DNA of 64,000 nucleotides from Alphaproteobacteria bacterium (GTDB lineage Bacteria; Pseudomonadota; Alphaproteobacteria; SP197): NCBI GenBank assembly GCA_964291415.2, contig OZ219917.1, positions 1,120,001 to 1,184,000 of the forward strand, read 5' to 3'. Shown piece by piece: positions 61,599 to 64,000 of this stretch (position 1 is its first letter; each line of letters starts with the position of its first letter). The notes under the pieces were generated by a model. It saw only the letters and a program-made list of their open reading frames with translations, ran no database searches and was not told where the DNA came from. The position numbers and the translations under genes were made by a program.

Positions 61599-62897
61599 AT
61601 GGCACAGCTTGCGCAGTCGTCTATCCGCCAGAGAGCCGCGAGGGCTCTTCCCGGTGGTACGTTCGGCAACGTCTCCGGAGATCTCGTCATTGCCCGGGGC
61701 AGCGGCAGCCGCGTGTGGGACGATGAAGGCCGCGAGTACATCGACTATCTCATCGGCTCGGGCCCCATGCTCATCGGGCATGCCCATCCCGAGGTCACGA
61801 GCGCGGTGCGCAGCCAGCTCGAAACGGGGACGACGTTCTTTGCCAGCAATCCCGAGGGCATCGCCCTCGCCGAAGCCATCATCGACGCCGTGCCGGCCGC
61901 CGAAAAGGTTCGTTTCACGAGTACGGGCTCGGAAGCCGACGCCTTTGCCATGCGCCTTGCCCGTGCCCATACGGGACGCCCGAAAATTCTCAAGTTCGAG
62001 GGCGGCTACCACGGCTACAGCGACTACGCACTGATGAGCCTCGCGCCGAAAACGTCCGGAAACTCTCCCCGCCCGATTCCCGATTCCGCGGGCATTCCCG
62101 ACACGGTGAGGGACACGATCCTTGTGGCGCCGTTCAACGATGCAGGTGCGGTGGAAAGTCTCTTGAGGGAGTACGGATCCGAGATCGCGGCGGTGTTCCT
62201 CGAGCCGATGCAGCGCCTCATCCCGCCGCAACCGGATTTCCTTGCCGCCTTGCGGAACCTGACGCGAGAACACGATGTGCTCCTCGTGTTCGACGAGGTG
62301 GTCACGGGATTCCGGCTGGGCATGGGCGGCGCCCAGGAATACTACGGAGTCGTTCCGGACCTCTGTACGCTCGGCAAGGTGATCGGGGGCGGCTTCCCGC
62401 TTGCAGCCATTGCAGGACGCGAGGACATCATGGCCGCCTTTGACAGCGAGCAGGCCGGCGCCGGGCGGTTCGTGCCGCAGGTCGGCACGCTCTCCGGCAA
62501 TCCCGTGGCGGCCATGGCCGGCCTTGCAACGCTCGGCGTCCTGTCGCGTCCCGGCGTCTTTGAGCGACTCTTCGACACGGGCCGCCGCCTGATGGCGGCC
62601 CTCGAGAGGATCCTGGCTGACAACGGGATCGATGCCCGGGTGGTCGGCGAACCTCCTCTGTTCGATGTCGTCTTCACCCATGGCGCCGTCAGCAATCACC
62701 GCGACATGCTGGCTGCCAACGCCGCGATGCTGAAGCGATTCAACGCTCTCCTCATGGAGAATGGCGTTCTCAAGGCGGATTCCAAGATCTACGTTTCCAC
62801 GGCCATCGACGACGAGGACATCACCCGTACGATTGCCGCAATGGAAGACGCCATCGGCCGCCTTGCCCGGGAATGTCACGCCGGTTACGTGTCATGA
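61599..62897 (+). CDS. Class III aminotransferase (GSA-aminomutase-like)
   Basis: GSGSRVWD..G.EYID, FEGGYHG, FDEVVTGFR, LGKVIGGG, GTLSGNP. Confidence 0.9.
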   Translation: MAQLAQSSIRQRAARALPGGTFGNVSGDLVIARGSGSRVWDDEGREYIDYLIGSGPMLIGHAHPEVTSAVRSQLETGTTFFASNPEGIALAEAIIDAVPAAEKVRFTSTGSEADAFAMRLARAHTGRPKILKFEGGYHGYSDYALMSLAPKTSGNSPRPIPDSAGIPDTVRDTILVAPFNDAGAVESLLREYGSEIAAVFLEPMQRLIPPQPDFLAALRNLTREHDVLLVFDEVVTGFRLGMGGAQEYYGVVPDLCTLGKVIGGGFPLAAIAGREDIMAAFDSEQAGAGRFVPQVGTLSGNPVAAMAGLATLGVLSRPGVFERLFDTGRRLMAALERILADNGIDARVVGEPPLFDVVFTHGAVSNHRDMLAANAAMLKRFNALLMENGVLKADSKIYVSTAIDDEDITRTIAAMEDAIGRLARECHAGYVS

Positions 62898-64000
62898 CGG
62901 ATGTCAGTGTCGATGCCTCCGGGACATTCCTGATCCTGGGGTCCAGGCGCTTTCACGCCATCTGGCTGCGCGACAATGCGGCCGATCCCGAGACCCGTGA
63001 CCCCGGCAATGGTCAGAGGCTGATTGCACTGGGCGCCATCCCGTCCAATCTCCGCATTGCCTCCGCGGCCGTCAGCAACACCACACTCATGGTCAACTTC
63101 GCCCCGGAGATGAGGACGATCGCCTTCGACTTGTCCTGGCTCGAGCGGAATGCCTACGACCGGACGGGAGTTGACGGGCGTGGCTGGACGGATCCGGCAA
63201 TCACCATGTGGACCGGCGCCCGGCTGGGCGAGGCGCCGGTCGCGGACCTTGGGGATCTTGAGATGCGCGGCGCTGCGCTGCGCGACTGGCTTGGCCACGT
63301 CCGGCGCTATGGTGTGGCGCGGGTGATCAACGGGCCGGCGGCGCCCGGAGCGCTCTTTCGCATCGTCGATCTCTTCGGTCACGTGAGGGAGACCAACTAT
63401 GGCCGTCACTTCGACGTTCGCACCCAGGTGAACCCGGTGAATCTTGCCTATACCGGACTCGCCCTTCAGGCCCATACCGACAACCCCTACCGGGACCCGG
63501 TGCCGACGATTCAACTGCTTTACTGTCTCGAGAGTTCGCTTGCCGGCGGCGACAGCATGGTCATCGACGGATTTGCCGCCGTTCGCCGCCTGCAGGACGA
63601 GAATCCGGATCACTTCGATGTGCTTGCCGATCACTGTGCACGCTTCGCCTTTGACGGCGAGGATGGCGTCTCGCTCGCCGCCCGCCGTCCGCTGATCGAA
63701 CTGGCGCCGGACGGAGAACTCAGGTGCGTGCGTTTCAACAACCGGTCCCTGGCGGCCGTGAGGGATGTGCCCTTCGAGCGCATGGCCACGTGGTATGCGG
63801 CCTACCGGCACCTTGGCGACATCGTCGACGACCCGATGATGGCGATTTCGTTCCGCCTGGAACCCGGCGAGTGCTTTGTTGTCGACAACACCCGCGTTCT
63901 TCACGGCCGTACGGCGTGGACAGGCGCCGGCAACCGCTGGCTCCAGGGCTGCTATGCGGACATGGACGGGCTGCGCTCGACACACGAGGCGATGATGCAG
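62894..64000 (+). CDS. TauD/gamma-butyrobetaine-type 2OG-Fe(II) dioxygenase (TmpA-like), runs off window
   Basis: RFHAIWLRDN, LQAHTDNPYRDP, DNTRVLHGR, WLQGCYAD; absent from ORF track because no stop is in the window. Confidence 0.88.
   Translation, partial: MTDVSVDASGTFLILGSRRFHAIWLRDNAADPETRDPGNGQRLIALGAIPSNLRIASAAVSNTTLMVNFAPEMRTIAFDLSWLERNAYDRTGVDGRGWTDPAITMWTGARLGEAPVADLGDLEMRGAALRDWLGHVRRYGVARVINGPAAPGALFRIVDLFGHVRETNYGRHFDVRTQVNPVNLAYTGLALQAHTDNPYRDPVPTIQLLYCLESSLAGGDSMVIDGFAAVRRLQDENPDHFDVLADHCARFAFDGEDGVSLAARRPLIELAPDGELRCVRFNNRSLAAVRDVPFERMATWYAAYRHLGDIVDDPMMAISFRLEPGECFVVDNTRVLHGRTAWTGAGNRWLQGCYADMDGLRSTHEAMMQ

Overview
High-GC proteobacterial (probably alphaproteobacterial) DNA. 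Left 27 kb: mostly host metabolism (sulfatase, homocysteine S-methyltransferase family, aldolase, tandem GFA, CYTH-CHAD, selB/selA, acyl-CoA ligase, a hydantoin/N-carbamoylase-type amidohydrolase operon, yaaA, crotonase, DMT, ThDP enzyme, PhzF-like), broken by two patches of decayed toxin-antitoxin/defence relics (10.3-11.7 kb, 12.7-15.4 kb). From 27043 to 61545 lies a ~34.5 kb putative integrative mobilizable island bounded by a 14-bp direct repeat (CCTCTTGTGTAGCA). It carries three RHH/MobC-like paralogs, a 1862-aa MOBF relaxase with a repetitive C-terminal extension, a lipoprotein + Slam/DUF560 (type XI secretion) pair, a dead group IIC intron interrupted by a serine-recombinase element, a type I-G cas operon without an adaptation module next to a very divergent mini-array, an IS256, a low-GC cassette with a COMM-domain-like gene, and two tandem tyrosine integrases, one split by a RIT element. 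Most notable: (1) the serine-recombinase element's accessory gene only gains its start codon and RBS when the element's two ends are joined by excision; (2) the structure-conserved but sequence-divergent I-G array; (3) the COMMD-like/membrane-protein pair. Host genes (class III aminotransferase, TauD/BBOX-like dioxygenase) resume at 61.6 kb. All family calls are by motif recognition, not database searches, and some frameshifts may be sequencing errors.
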